From Erythrobacteraceae bacterium (GTDB lineage: Bacteria > Pseudomonadota > Alphaproteobacteria > Sphingomonadales > Sphingomonadaceae): a DNA stretch of 64,000 bases. The notes beneath the pieces were generated by a model, which ran no database searches, was not told the origin of the DNA, and was given only the letters and a program-made list of their open reading frames with translations. The stretch lies in assembly GCA_027489095.1 (NCBI GenBank), contig JAIYAL010000042.1, positions 8,153-72,152 of the forward strand. The letters run 5' to 3'. The position numbers were made by a program, and so were the translations under genes. Position 1 is the first letter of the stretch. Each line of letters opens with the position of its first letter. This document shows positions 27,891 through 37,861 of the stretch, in pieces.

Positions 27891-29276
27891 GTGCCCGAGA
27901 CCTGGACCCCGGAGAGCTGGAAGGCCCACGAAGCGCGCCACCTGCCGCATTACGAGGATGCAGCGGAGCTTGCCGAGGCGGAAAAGACCCTCTCGTCCTA
28001 TCCCCCGCTGGTGTTCGCTGGCGAGGCGCGTGCGCTCAAGGCCGATCTGGCGCAGGTCGCGGGCGGCCACGGCTTCCTGCTGCAAGGCGGGGACTGCGCC
28101 GAAAGCTTTGCCGAGTTCCACCCCAACAACATCCGCGACACCTTCCGCGCGATCCTGCAGATGGCGGTGGTGATGACCTTCGCCAGCAAGCGTCCGGTGG
28201 TGAAGGTCGGGCGGATGGCGGGCCAGTTCGCCAAGCCGCGCTCCTCGCCGACCGAGACGATCGATGGCGTCACCCTGCCGAGCTACCTCGGCGACAATAT
28301 CAACGGGATCGAGTTCGACCCCGTCAGCCGCCGCAACGATCCGGCCCGCATGGTGCGCGCCTATTCGCAGGCGGCAGCCACGCTCAACCTGCTGCGTGCC
28401 TTTGCGGGCGGCGGCTATGCCAACCTGCGCCAAGTCCACCAGTGGACGCTCGACTTCATGGGCCGCACGCCGTGGACCGAGAAGTTCAGCGAGATGGCCG
28501 ACCGGATCGGCGAGGCGCTCGATTTCATGGAGGCCTGCGGGGTCGACCCCGCCACGGTGCCGCAATTGAAGGGCACCAGCTTCTACACCAGCCATGAGGC
28601 GCTGCTGCTGCCTTACGAGCAGGCCATGACCCGGCAGGATTCGCTGACCGGTGACTGGTATGCGACGAGCGCGCATATGCTGTGGATTGGCGATCGGACG
28701 CGTTTCCCGGGCTCTGCGCATATCGAATTCGCGCGCGGGATCGGCAATCCGCTCGGCATGAAGTGCGGGCCCTCGCTCGAACCGGACGCGCTCATCCGCC
28801 TGCTCGATGAACTGAACCCTGGCCGCGAGGCGGGGCGTATCACGCTGATCAGCCGCTTCGGTCACGACAAGGTCGAGGAGGGTCTGCCCAGGCTGATCCG
28901 CGCGGTGATGCGCGAAGGCCACCCGGTGCTGTGGTCGTGCGACCCCATGCACGGCAATGTCGTCAAGTCGGACACTGGCTTCAAGACCCGCCCGTTTGAC
29001 CGTATCCTGAGGGAGGTGAAGGGCTTCTTCGCCGTGCACCGCGCCGAAGGCTCGCATCCGGGCGGCATCCATATCGAGATGACCGGGCAGGACGTCACCG
29101 AATGCGTCGGCGGCGCGGTGGCGATCACTGAAGAGCGGCTGGGTGATCGCTACCACACCCACTGCGACCCGCGCCTCAACGCCGAACAATCGCTCGAACT
29201 TGCCTTCCTCGTTGCCGAGATGCTCAACGAGGCGGTGGGAACCCGCGATGCCGAGATCAGCGCCCACGCAGCGTAA
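27891..29276 (+). CDS. Class II DAHP synthase
   Basis: [39 protein letters not shown] and CDPRLN. Confidence 0.96.
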   Translation: MPETWTPESWKAHEARHLPHYEDAAELAEAEKTLSSYPPLVFAGEARALKADLAQVAGGHGFLLQGGDCAESFAEFHPNNIRDTFRAILQMAVVMTFASKRPVVKVGRMAGQFAKPRSSPTETIDGVTLPSYLGDNINGIEFDPVSRRNDPARMVRAYSQAAATLNLLRAFAGGGYANLRQVHQWTLDFMGRTPWTEKFSEMADRIGEALDFMEACGVDPATVPQLKGTSFYTSHEALLLPYEQAMTRQDSLTGDWYATSAHMLWIGDRTRFPGSAHIEFARGIGNPLGMKCGPSLEPDALIRLLDELNPGREAGRITLISRFGHDKVEEGLPRLIRAVMREGHPVLWSCDPMHGNVVKSDTGFKTRPFDRILREVKGFFAVHRAEGSHPGGIHIEMTGQDVTECVGGAVAITEERLGDRYHTHCDPRLNAEQSLELAFLVAEMLNEAVGTRDAEISAHAA

Positions 29277-29339
29277 CAATTGCCGGACCTTGCGTCCGGA
29301 AACTTGATGGGTGTGATGATTTTACGATAGCCTCGCGGC

Positions 29340-29414
29340 TACCAAGCGTCTTTCCTGTGTAACCGCAGGCGAACATTGTCCGAATGATCGGCCAAGACGC
29401 AAGGGAGGGCCTGC
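29340..29414 (+). promoter_or_regulatory. Candidate structured cis-regulatory RNA leader of egtBD
   Basis: Manual fold: P1 29346-52/29394-400, P2 29354-59/29364-69, P3 29380-83/29388-91. The SD GGGAGG lies just 3' of P1. Confidence 0.4.
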
Positions 29415-30695
29415 GTGCACCAAAGCGAGCGACTTACTGCCATCCCCGGTTCCGCTGAAGCGACCGATCTGGCCCCTGGCTTCCGCCATGTACGCGCGCT
29501 GACCGAGGCGCTGGTCGTTCCGCTCAGCGATGCCGATGCCTCGCTCCAGTCGATGGAGGATGCGAGCCCCGCCAAGTGGCACCTCGCCCACACCACTTGG
29601 TTCTGGGAAACCTTCCTGCTGCGCGAGCACGCGCCCGGATACCAGCTCCATGACGAGCGCTGGCCATATCTGTTCAATTCCTATTACGAGGCGCAAGGGC
29701 CGCGGATCTCGCGTGCCGCACGCGGGCTCCTGTCGCGCCCCAGCTTGCCCGAGGTGCTGGAATGGCGCGCGGTGGTCACCCAGGCGATGGAGCCGCTGCT
29801 GGGCGATCCGGCGCTCGCCGATCTGATTGCCTTGGGCATCGCGCACGAAGAGCAGCACATCGAGCTCCTCCTCACCGACATCAAGCACGCGCTGTTCCAG
29901 AACCCGCTGGGCCCGGCGATGTGGGAGCAAGCGGACGGGGTGGCGTCTGCCGCCGGGCGCGCAGGCCCGCTTGGCTGGCATAGGCACCCCGGCGGAATTG
30001 CGCTGGTCGGGCATCAGGCAGATGGCTTCGCCTTCGACAACGAGGGGCCGCGGCACCGCGTGTTGCTAGAGCCCTTCGCGCTCGCCGACCGGCTGGTTAC
30101 CAATGCCGAGTGGGAGGCCTTCATCGCCGACGGCGGCTATGCCGCGCCGCGTCTGTGGCTCGCGGACGGCTGGGCTTGGGTCCAGCGCGAGGGCATCGCC
30201 GCGCCGCTCTATTGGCGCGATGCCGAACACTTTACCCACCAAGGCTGGCGCCTTCGCGATCCCCATGCGCCCGTGACGCACATCTCGTTCTACGAGGCCG
30301 ATGCCTACGCCACCTGGGCAGGTGCGCGGCTGCCGACCGAGTTCGAATGGGAGGCGATCGCGCGCGGGCAGGACGGCGCCTCGCCTTGCCCCGCGCATGA
30401 TCCGCGCGGCGGCAACCAGCTCACTTGCGCAGGGCCGGTGCTGCCGATGGGATCGTCCGGGCTGTTCGGCGATTGCTGGCAATTCACCCGCTCGTCCTAT
30501 CTCCCCTATCCCGGCTTCCGCCCGGCAGCCGGCGCGGTGGGCGAGTACAATGGCAAGTTCATGAGCGGCCAGGTGGTGCTGCGCGGGGCATCCTGCGCAA
30601 CGGTGCGCGGGCACTCGCGCGCTTCGTACCGTAACTTCTTCTACCCCCATCAGCGCTGGCAGTTCACCGGGCTGCGCCTTGCCAAGGATTGTTGA
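29415..30695 (+). CDS. egtB: Ergothioneine sulfoxide synthase
   Basis: SPAKWHLAHTTWFWE, HEEQHIELL, FGE-sulfatase domain, and YNGKFM...YRNFFYPHQRWQFTGLRLA. Confidence 0.94.
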   Translation: MHQSERLTAIPGSAEATDLAPGFRHVRALTEALVVPLSDADASLQSMEDASPAKWHLAHTTWFWETFLLREHAPGYQLHDERWPYLFNSYYEAQGPRISRAARGLLSRPSLPEVLEWRAVVTQAMEPLLGDPALADLIALGIAHEEQHIELLLTDIKHALFQNPLGPAMWEQADGVASAAGRAGPLGWHRHPGGIALVGHQADGFAFDNEGPRHRVLLEPFALADRLVTNAEWEAFIADGGYAAPRLWLADGWAWVQREGIAAPLYWRDAEHFTHQGWRLRDPHAPVTHISFYEADAYATWAGARLPTEFEWEAIARGQDGASPCPAHDPRGGNQLTCAGPVLPMGSSGLFGDCWQFTRSSYLPYPGFRPAAGAVGEYNGKFMSGQVVLRGASCATVRGHSRASYRNFFYPHQRWQFTGLRLAKDC

Positions 30696-30696
30696 C

Positions 30697-31683
30697 ATGG
30701 CATTGACCAAGGGTCTGAAGCTGGTCCAGCGCGATGCGGGCGGCGTTGACCTTGCCTTCCGGGGCGACGTGCTCGCCGGGCTCGCCGAACCGCAGAAGGC
30801 GATCCCCGCGCGCTGGTTCTACGACGATGCGGGCTCGGCCCTGTTTGAGGATATCACCCAGCTCCCCGAATATTACCCGACCCGCGCCGAGACCGAGATC
30901 CTGAGCAGCCACTCGGGCGAAATCGCCGAGCTGATCGGCAAGGGGTGGGCGGTTGTCGAGTTCGGCTCGGGCTCCTCGGTCAAGACCCCGCTGTTGCTCT
31001 CGGCATGTCAGCCGAGTGCCTATGTCCCGCTCGACATCGCGGGGGACTTCCTGCGCGCCTCCTCGGCGACGCTGGCGGCGAAGTTTCCGGGCCTTCCCGT
31101 CTATCCGGTCGAGGCCGATTTCATGCGCCGGGTCGAGCTTCCCGGCGAGGTGGCCGATTTTCCCAAGCTCGGCTTCTTCCCCGGTTCGACGATCGGCAAC
31201 ATGATCGCCCGCACCGCGACCGACCTGTTGCGCTCGATGCGCGCGACATTGGGCGAGGGCGCGTTACTCTTGATCGGCATGGATCTCGTGAAGGACGAGG
31301 AGGTGCTGCTCGCCGCCTATGACGATGCGGCCGGGGTGACCGCGCGGTTCAACCTCAATCTTGCCTTGCGGATCAACCGCGAGCTTGCCGGCGACATCCC
31401 GCTCGAGAAACTGCGCCACGAGGCGCGCTGGAACGACATCTTCGCGCGCATCGAAATGCACCTCGTGGCCACCGACAACATCGCCTTCACCGTCAGCGGC
31501 ACGAATTTCGTGATGCGCAAGGGCGAGAGCATCCACACCGAAAACAGCCACAAGTTTACCAAGCGCTCCTCGCAGCTGCTGCTCGCCGCGGGCGGGTGGG
31601 AACCACGCGCGCGCTGGACCGACGAGGCCCGGCAATTCTCGCTGGTGCTGGCCGAGGCCGCGCGGCCGCGCTCGGCGCCCTGA
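30697..31683 (+). CDS. egtD: L-histidine N-alpha-methyltransferase
   Basis: WFYDDAGSALFEDITQLPEYYPTRAE, EFGSGSSVKT, FPGSTIGN and IHTENSHKF. Confidence 0.95.
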   Translation: MALTKGLKLVQRDAGGVDLAFRGDVLAGLAEPQKAIPARWFYDDAGSALFEDITQLPEYYPTRAETEILSSHSGEIAELIGKGWAVVEFGSGSSVKTPLLLSACQPSAYVPLDIAGDFLRASSATLAAKFPGLPVYPVEADFMRRVELPGEVADFPKLGFFPGSTIGNMIARTATDLLRSMRATLGEGALLLIGMDLVKDEEVLLAAYDDAAGVTARFNLNLALRINRELAGDIPLEKLRHEARWNDIFARIEMHLVATDNIAFTVSGTNFVMRKGESIHTENSHKFTKRSSQLLLAAGGWEPRARWTDEARQFSLVLAEAARPRSAP

Positions 31684-31715
31684 AACCAGCTGCCCCTTCC
31701 GGGCGTTGGCAGGAG

Positions 31716-32681
31716 ATGGACGGACATTACGATATCGGCATCATCGGCGGCGGCATGGCGGGGCTCTCCGCTGCCACTGCTCTTGCCACAACAGCCCAAC
31801 GCATCATCGTGCTAGACAAGGGCCGCGGCCCCGGAGGACGGATGGCGGCGCGGCGGGTCGAGATCGGCGGCGAGCAAGTGAGCTTCGACCACGGCGCGCA
31901 ATACTTCACCGCGCGCGATCCCGCCTTCCGCGAGACGGTTGCGGCATGGGAAGCGGCCGGAGTTGCGGCGCGCTGGCCGGCGGCGGGTGATGATGCCTGG
32001 GTCGGAACGCCGGGCATGAACGCCTGCGTCAAGCACATGGCGGCAAACCTCGACGTGCGCTGGAACGTGCGCACGGAGCGGCTTTGCCGTGACGGCGCGC
32101 TCTGGCGGATCGAGGCGGGGGGCGAGGTGTTCGTTGCGGGCACCGTCCTTGTCGCCGTCCCTGCCGAACAGGCGGCAGTGCTGCTCGCCGAAGCTGCACC
32201 GGACTTTGCCGCGCGCGCCGCCAGCATCGCCTCCGCGCCGTGCTGGGCGGTGATGGCGGCATTCGCGGTGCCCCTGCCGCTCGCCGACATCTTCCGCTCG
32301 GACACCGGCCCGGTCAGCTGGGCTGCGCGCAATTCCGCCAAGCCGGGGCGCAGCGGCGCGGAGACCTGGGTGATCCACGCCGGCCCCGCGCGCAGCCGCG
32401 AACTCATCGACCTGCCGAAGGACGAAGTCGCGGGCATTCTGCTGGCCGATTTCTTCGCCGCCACTGGCGCATCGCCCACTGCGCCCGTCCATCTCGATGC
32501 GCATCGCTGGCTCTACGCCCAGCCCGAGGCCCGCAAGGGTAAGGGCCCGCTTTTCGATGCCGGATTGCAGCTAGGGATCGCGGGTGACTGGCTGCACAGC
32601 CCGCGGGTTGAGGGCGCGTGGCTCTCAGGCCGGATGCTCGCGCAGGCGGTGCTTCAGGAGCGGCTGGCCAGCACGTCATAG
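31716..32681 (+). CDS. FAD-dependent oxidoreductase (renalase-like)
   Basis: IIGGGMAGL, DKGRGPGGRM, FDHGAQYFT, HRWLYA and GDWLHSPRVEGAWLSG. Confidence 0.9.
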   Translation: MDGHYDIGIIGGGMAGLSAATALATTAQRIIVLDKGRGPGGRMAARRVEIGGEQVSFDHGAQYFTARDPAFRETVAAWEAAGVAARWPAAGDDAWVGTPGMNACVKHMAANLDVRWNVRTERLCRDGALWRIEAGGEVFVAGTVLVAVPAEQAAVLLAEAAPDFAARAASIASAPCWAVMAAFAVPLPLADIFRSDTGPVSWAARNSAKPGRSGAETWVIHAGPARSRELIDLPKDEVAGILLADFFAATGASPTAPVHLDAHRWLYAQPEARKGKGPLFDAGLQLGIAGDWLHSPRVEGAWLSGRMLAQAVLQERLASTS

Positions 32682-33430
32682 TGGTGGCCGCGCCCGTATT
32701 TGGCAAAGCGCGTGAAACCGGCGGCGCGCAAGCGTGCCTCAATCTCGCCCGCGCTCGCCCAGCGGTCATCGACCTCATAGAAGATCGCCTGAACCCGCGC
32801 GAAAGCATCGGTCTTGGCGAGTTCGGCGATCACCACCGCTTCCAGCCCCTCGACGTCGATCTTGACGAACATCGGCAGATCGCCCGCCAGCAATGGATCG
32901 AGCAGCGGGGCATCGATCGTCTCGATCGTGATGCCGCCGCCGCCCGAGCCACCCTCGCGCCCGGCGAGGGTCGCGGTGCCGGTGTGATCGGGCGCGACAT
33001 CGATCGTCACTTCGCCCGCGCTGTCGGCAATCGCGACCAAGTGGAGCACGGTCCGCGCCGCGCCGCCATTAAGCGCCACGTTCGCAGCGAGGCGCGCGTG
33101 GGTGGTGGGCACTGGCTCGAAGGCGATGATCTTTTCGCAAGCCGGGTTCTGCGCCGCGATCAGCGAATAGAGCCCCTGATTGGCGCCGATGTCGACGAAC
33201 ACGAAGTCTTCCCGCTGGCCCAGCAGCAGGTCGGACAGATCGCGGCCATAGGTGCCGAAGATGCAATAACGGAAGGTGGTGTCCTGCCAGTTGGGCACCA
33301 TCAGCACGCCATAGGCGGAACGCACGGCAGGCTCACCCCGCGCCGCCATCAGCGGGGAAAGCGCGGCGGCGCGCAGTTTGCGCAGCGTCTTCACCACGCC
33401 GTATCGCCAGAATGCTGCAACACTAGCCAC
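32654..33430 (-). CDS. FkbM-family methyltransferase
   Basis: FVDIGANQG, AFEP and FVKIDVEGLE. The GTG start is inferred from overlap with the upstream stop. Confidence 0.88.
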   Translation of the reverse strand: MASVAAFWRYGVVKTLRKLRAAALSPLMAARGEPAVRSAYGVLMVPNWQDTTFRYCIFGTYGRDLSDLLLGQREDFVFVDIGANQGLYSLIAAQNPACEKIIAFEPVPTTHARLAANVALNGGAARTVLHLVAIADSAGEVTIDVAPDHTGTATLAGREGGSGGGGITIETIDAPLLDPLLAGDLPMFVKIDVEGLEAVVIAELAKTDAFARVQAIFYEVDDRWASAGEIEARLRAAGFTRFAKYGRGHHYDVLASRS

Positions 33431-34595
33431 GCGCGGGTATCCCTTCGAGAAAAGCGGTGATCGCATCCGCCGCCCGCTCGGCCGAGGGACGCTCGGACAA
33501 GGAGAAGGTCGCATCGATCATCCTCTGTTGCACCGGCGCATAGGCGGGATGCGAGGCGAGAGCATCATCTATCGCATCGAGCAGCCCCTCGGCGCTCTCC
33601 AGCACCGGCCCGGCTTGCCAGTGGAGGTAATTGGGATCGCCGCGCCAGTCCACGCCATGCGCATTGAGGAACAGGCAGGGGCGGGGCGCGCGCAGGAATT
33701 CATAAACCTGGCTGCTGACATCGCCGAGGTAGATATCGGCGCGGTTGGTATAGGACATGTCGCTGCTCGCCGCGCTGCCGATGTCGATATGGATGCGGGG
33801 CTCGCGCGCGTAATCGGGGCTGGGTGGCGCCACGCGGGCGAGGCTGGGCGGGTCGAGTGTCACCACCCATTTGCGTTCGAACAGCATCACGTGCGGGGCG
33901 AAGATCAGGTTGTAGCGATCCTGCCCGCGAAACGCCTCCAGCACCTGTGCGCCTTGCCTGAACCAGCTCGACAGCCTGGGCGAGGGGTGCGGGTTGTAGA
34001 TCACCGTGGGCCGCTCGGGCGCGGGGAAGTGGTCGGCGAAGCGGTTATCCGCGCACAGATCGAACTTGGGGTAGCCGACCAGCGCGGTTTGCTCCGGCGC
34101 AAGGCCAGCCTCGGCGATCAGCCGGTCGCGGATCTTGGGGCCGGAAACCAGTACCAGATCGAAGCCCGCGCTGGTCCGGTTGAACCCAATCGCCCGGTCG
34201 CCCGCGCCGTGGCGGGTGTGGATCAGCTTGAGATCGCCGAGGCCGTAGCGGGTCTTGAGCAGCAGCGTGGTCTTCTCCGAGACCACCACGGCATCGAAGC
34301 TGCGGAAGAAATCGAGATTGTCGCGGTAGAGGAGCAGCTTGGTCGCCGGCACCAGTCTCTCCAGCGCCCCCGCCAGCACCTGCGAGCCGCCGCGTTTCAG
34401 CCCGAGCTGCACCAGATCGAGCTTCGCCAGCAGCGCCGGATCGGCCTGCCGCTCGATCTCGGCGCGGATCGCGGGCTTGGCGAAGGCGAGCGTGATGCGG
34501 TGCTCGCCGCGCGCTGCCAGCGCCAGCGCGATCGGGAGCGAATGCGCCAGCTGGTGGGTCTGGTCGTGGTTGAACAGGAAACAGATGCGCTTCAT
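33423..34595 (-). CDS. CDP-glycerol glycerophosphotransferase-like (GT-B) protein
   Basis: HGAGDR, DLVLVSG, VGYPKFD, IYNPH and DIYLGDVSSQVYEF...PCLF resemble the TagB/TagF-type motif order. Confidence 0.6.
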   Translation of the reverse strand: MKRICFLFNHDQTHQLAHSLPIALALAARGEHRITLAFAKPAIRAEIERQADPALLAKLDLVQLGLKRGGSQVLAGALERLVPATKLLLYRDNLDFFRSFDAVVVSEKTTLLLKTRYGLGDLKLIHTRHGAGDRAIGFNRTSAGFDLVLVSGPKIRDRLIAEAGLAPEQTALVGYPKFDLCADNRFADHFPAPERPTVIYNPHPSPRLSSWFRQGAQVLEAFRGQDRYNLIFAPHVMLFERKWVVTLDPPSLARVAPPSPDYAREPRIHIDIGSAASSDMSYTNRADIYLGDVSSQVYEFLRAPRPCLFLNAHGVDWRGDPNYLHWQAGPVLESAEGLLDAIDDALASHPAYAPVQQRMIDATFSLSERPSAERAADAITAFLEGIPARG

Positions 34596-35260
34596 CCCGC
34601 CTCCCCGCTCCAATCCACCTGCGCCCAGCCGCGCTCGGGCTTGGCATAGCGGCCCACCAGCACGCCCGCATCGGCGAAGTCGAGGATCGGCGCGTCGCTG
34701 GCATGGTCGGTATAGGCGGTGAGGTGGCAGTCGGCGCGGGCGAGGCCCTCGGCGGCGAGCCATTCTTCCACCCGCGCGACTTTCTCGGCCCCGTAGTTAT
34801 TGGCGCCATCGATCAGCGCCAGCAGGTTGCCCGCCGCATCGCGCAGATGGCGGGTGGCGATGCAGGCGTCGAAGCCGAGCGCTGCGGCGATCTGCACGGC
34901 GTAGATTTCGGGCGCGGCGGTCACCAGCGCCAGCCGCACCCCCGCCGCGCGGTCAGCCGCGATCTGCGCGCGCGCGCCGGGCTGGATGTTGCGCGCAAGC
35001 TGGCGCTGGACGAAGGCATCGATCCGGGGCTGAAGCGCGGGGCTCCGCACCACCCGCCCCACCAGCAGCCGCAGGCCGAACTGTTTCAAGGGCTTTCTGC
35101 CATAGGCCTTCACCTTGTAGCCGAGCATCGCCAGCAGCCAGAATGGCACCGCCAGCAGCCGCAGCGGATTGCCGCTGGCCGCCATGTGGACGAGGAACGG
35201 CGTGAAGGTCGGCGCGCGGGTCACCGTGCGGTCGAGATCATAGAGGGCGATGGCCTGCAC
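34592..35260 (-). CDS. HAD-IB family phosphatase
   Basis: YDLDRT (DxD), LVTAA, GAEK and AYTDHASD. Confidence 0.88.
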   Translation of the reverse strand: MQAIALYDLDRTVTRAPTFTPFLVHMAASGNPLRLLAVPFWLLAMLGYKVKAYGRKPLKQFGLRLLVGRVVRSPALQPRIDAFVQRQLARNIQPGARAQIAADRAAGVRLALVTAAPEIYAVQIAAALGFDACIATRHLRDAAGNLLALIDGANNYGAEKVARVEEWLAAEGLARADCHLTAYTDHASDAPILDFADAGVLVGRYAKPERGWAQVDWSGEAG

Positions 35261-35261
35261 G

Positions 35262-36056
35262 TCAGATACCCGCCGACAGCAGCTTTTCGGCGAGCGCGTG
35301 ATCCTCGGGCTTGTCGACATCCACGCCCATGCGCCCGTCGGCCAGCACCACCGGCACGGCGCTCGCGCCAAGCTTGCCGCCCGCCGCCGCGAGCGCGCCG
35401 CGCAGGGGCATACGGCGCAGCAAGAGCTTCACCATCAGCACCGGCCCGAAATGCGCGGCGAGACGCAGCACCGATTTGCGGTCCGCCTCGACCGTCTCCC
35501 AGAAGGTGAGCGCGGCGAAAGCGCCGGGGCCGGTCAGCGCAAAAAGGTTCGCGCCGGTGAAGGCCCCGTCACGGAAGGTGAGCCAAGTGCGCCTGTTCGG
35601 GCCGACCGCGCGTTCCAGATTGCCGCGCTCGACGAAGGCTACGGCCACATCGCCCGTGCCCGCCCCGCGCAGGAATTCGGCGATGGTCGCCGGGGTCAGC
35701 ATGACATTATCGGCGGTCGTCACCAGCACGGGGAGGCCGATGGCCGGATCCTCTACCGCCGCGCGCACCGATCCGCTAATGGTGCGGCCCGATATGCGCG
35801 CTTCGATCCGCACGTCCGCCGCCGTCCACGCCAGCGCCGGGTCCGCGAGCAAGGCCGGGGCGTCCTGCGCCAGCACGATGATCCGCGCGAGGCCCGGTGT
35901 CTCCGCCAGCGCGCGCAGCACGCGGCTCAGCATCGCCTCGCCCGCGACCGGGATCAGCGCCTTGGCCTCACGCCCGAAATGCGCCGCCAGCCGGTCGATA
36001 CCCGGACGCTGGCCGGCCAGCACAAGCGCGGTCCAGCCGGGGGAAGCGTCAGTCAT
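35262..36056 (-). CDS. MobA-like NTP transferase (nucleotidyltransferase)
   Basis: ALVLAG, KALIPVAGEAML, LVTTADN and VDVDKPED. Confidence 0.85.
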   Translation of the reverse strand: MTDASPGWTALVLAGQRPGIDRLAAHFGREAKALIPVAGEAMLSRVLRALAETPGLARIIVLAQDAPALLADPALAWTAADVRIEARISGRTISGSVRAAVEDPAIGLPVLVTTADNVMLTPATIAEFLRGAGTGDVAVAFVERGNLERAVGPNRRTWLTFRDGAFTGANLFALTGPGAFAALTFWETVEADRKSVLRLAAHFGPVLMVKLLLRRMPLRGALAAAGGKLGASAVPVVLADGRMGVDVDKPEDHALAEKLLSAGI

Positions 36057-36158
36057 GGGCGAGGGCGAACCTTGGACAAGCGGGTTGGGGGCAAGCGGGT
36101 GGGCGGCCGGCGCTCCTTCCTTGCGCCGCCTGCGATTGTCAAGAAATCCGCCCGCGCC

Positions 36159-37670
36159 TCACGCCGCCATTGGTGCGGGGCAGTAGCGCGCGAGGTAATC
36201 GCCGTGTCCCGGCATGGCCTGCACGAGATAGCGGATCGACTTTTCCATCTCGTCGACCTCGCCGCGGGTCTTCGCCGGGTCGAGCGCATCGGCCATCGCG
36301 TTGTGGCCGCTCATGCTGATGCCCTGCCCCATCATCACCGCTGCCCAGCTTGTCTCGGTGAACAGTTCGTCCTCCTCGCGGAAGATCTGGCCGTTGGCCT
36401 TGAAGATCTCCACCTTCTCGGTGAGCGTGTCGGGCACGGGCATGGTACGCACGTAATTCCAGAAGTCGGAATCGGTGCGGCTCGTGGCGTTGTAGTGGAG
36501 CACGAGGAAGTCGCGGATGCGGGCATATTCGCGGCCCGTCAGCCGGTTGAAGGTGTCTTCCTGAACCTGCGTCACGCCGTCGAGCGAGAGCAGCGAGATC
36601 AGCTTGTCGATGCCGGTGTTGATGAGGTGGATCGAGGTGGACTCCAAGGGCTCCATGAAGCCCGCTGCCAGCCCCAGCGCCACCACGTTCTTGTTCCAGA
36701 ACTTCTTGCGCCGCCCGGTGGTGAAACGCAGCCAGTTGGGCTCGGCCTGCGGCTTACCCGCGATGTTGCCGAGCAAGATGTCGAGCGCCGCCTGATCCTC
36801 CATATAGGATGAGCAATAGACATGGCCGTTGCCGTTCCGGTGCTGGAGCGGCACCTGCCACTGCCAGCCGGCGCTGTGGGCGGTGGCGCGGGTGAAGGGC
36901 GGGGGCGGGCTGCCGTCCTCGCGCAGGCAGGGCAGGGCGACCGCGCGGTTGCAGGGGAGGTACTGGCTCCAGTCCTCGTAACCGGTATGGAGCGCCTGTT
37001 CGATCAGCAGGCCCCTGAAGCCCGAGCAATCGATGAACAGGTCGCCGGTGATCTGCCGCCCGTCATCAAGCGTCACGCCGGTTACGAAGCCGGTCTCCCC
37101 ATCGAGCGCGACATCGGCGATCCGGCCCTCCTGCCGCATCACGCCGCGGCTTTCCGCAAGGCGGCGCAGGAACGCGGCGTAGCGTCCGGCGTCAAGGTGA
37201 TAGGCGTAATTGACCGGCGGCAGATCGTCGTTCTTGAAATCTTCAGTGCGTGCAAACTTGCCAAAATAGGCGGCCATCGTTTCGAGGTTGAAGACCTGGA
37301 TCGGGCGCTTGTCGCCGCCTTCGGTCATGCGGTGCCAGACGTGGTGGAAGGAAATTCCGCCCATCGTGTAGCCATAGGCGCCAAAGGGATGGATGTAGCT
37401 ATCGCCGAGCTTGCCCCAGTTTTCGAACTGGATGCCAAGCTTGAAGGTGCCGCCTACCTGCGCGAGCATCTCGCGCTCGTCGATCCCGAGCAGCTGGTTG
37501 AAGCCGACAAAGGGCGGAATCGTCGCCTCGCCGACTCCGACCGTGCCGATCGCCTCGGATTCGATGAGGACGATATCCACAGCCCTTCCGGCCTTGAGAC
37601 GCGACAGGGCTGTGGCCGCCATCCACCCGGCCGTGCCGCCGCCGACGATGATAATGCGTTCTATTGCCAC
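36159..37670 (-). CDS. Flavin-dependent halogenase (tryptophan halogenase family)
   Basis: GGGTAGW, TVGVGEATIP, TFKLGI (catalytic Lys), WQWQVP and GFMEPLEST. Confidence 0.92.
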   Translation of the reverse strand: MAIERIIIVGGGTAGWMAATALSRLKAGRAVDIVLIESEAIGTVGVGEATIPPFVGFNQLLGIDEREMLAQVGGTFKLGIQFENWGKLGDSYIHPFGAYGYTMGGISFHHVWHRMTEGGDKRPIQVFNLETMAAYFGKFARTEDFKNDDLPPVNYAYHLDAGRYAAFLRRLAESRGVMRQEGRIADVALDGETGFVTGVTLDDGRQITGDLFIDCSGFRGLLIEQALHTGYEDWSQYLPCNRAVALPCLREDGSPPPPFTRATAHSAGWQWQVPLQHRNGNGHVYCSSYMEDQAALDILLGNIAGKPQAEPNWLRFTTGRRKKFWNKNVVALGLAAGFMEPLESTSIHLINTGIDKLISLLSLDGVTQVQEDTFNRLTGREYARIRDFLVLHYNATSRTDSDFWNYVRTMPVPDTLTEKVEIFKANGQIFREEDELFTETSWAAVMMGQGISMSGHNAMADALDPAKTRGEVDEMEKSIRYLVQAMPGHGDYLARYCPAPMAA

Positions 37671-37773
37671 GTGTTCCTCGATCCCCAGGGGCCTCTACCG
37701 ACCCCTTATAGAAGCGCAGCGCGCGCCCCGCCACCTGTTGCAAGAATGCAATATGAACCAGAGATTACAAGTC

Positions 37774-37789
37774 TTGAGAACGCTCTCAA
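37774..37789. promoter_or_regulatory. Putative LacI-family operator
   Basis: TTGAGAACGCTCTCAA is a near-palindrome with a central CG. It lies between the divergent halogenase and TBDR and matches 44510-44525 at 14/16. Confidence 0.75.
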
Positions 37790-37861
37790 AATGCGTTACC
37801 AATGCTACGACCGCAGCTTCAGGCACGAAACTGTCGCGCGGTAGGGGAGAGTTGAAACATT

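Noticed and set aside
27315-29279. Long antisense ORFs (also 40325-42865, 44522-46468, 54230-56113, 47403-48941, 10791-12272, 12471-13841)
   Set aside because: They are shadow frames of well-supported genes in high-GC DNA, with no family motifs and Arg/Gly/Ala-biased composition.
29415-31683. egtB as the selenoneine gene senA
   Set aside because: It is adjacent to egtD, and no senB or selD-like gene is in the window.
36082-36103. G-quadruplex motif GGG-TT-GGGGG-CAAGC-GGG-T-GGG upstream of the NTP-transferase operon
   Set aside because: Single occurrence arising from a short CAAGCGGGT duplication; such motifs are expected by chance at this GC content.
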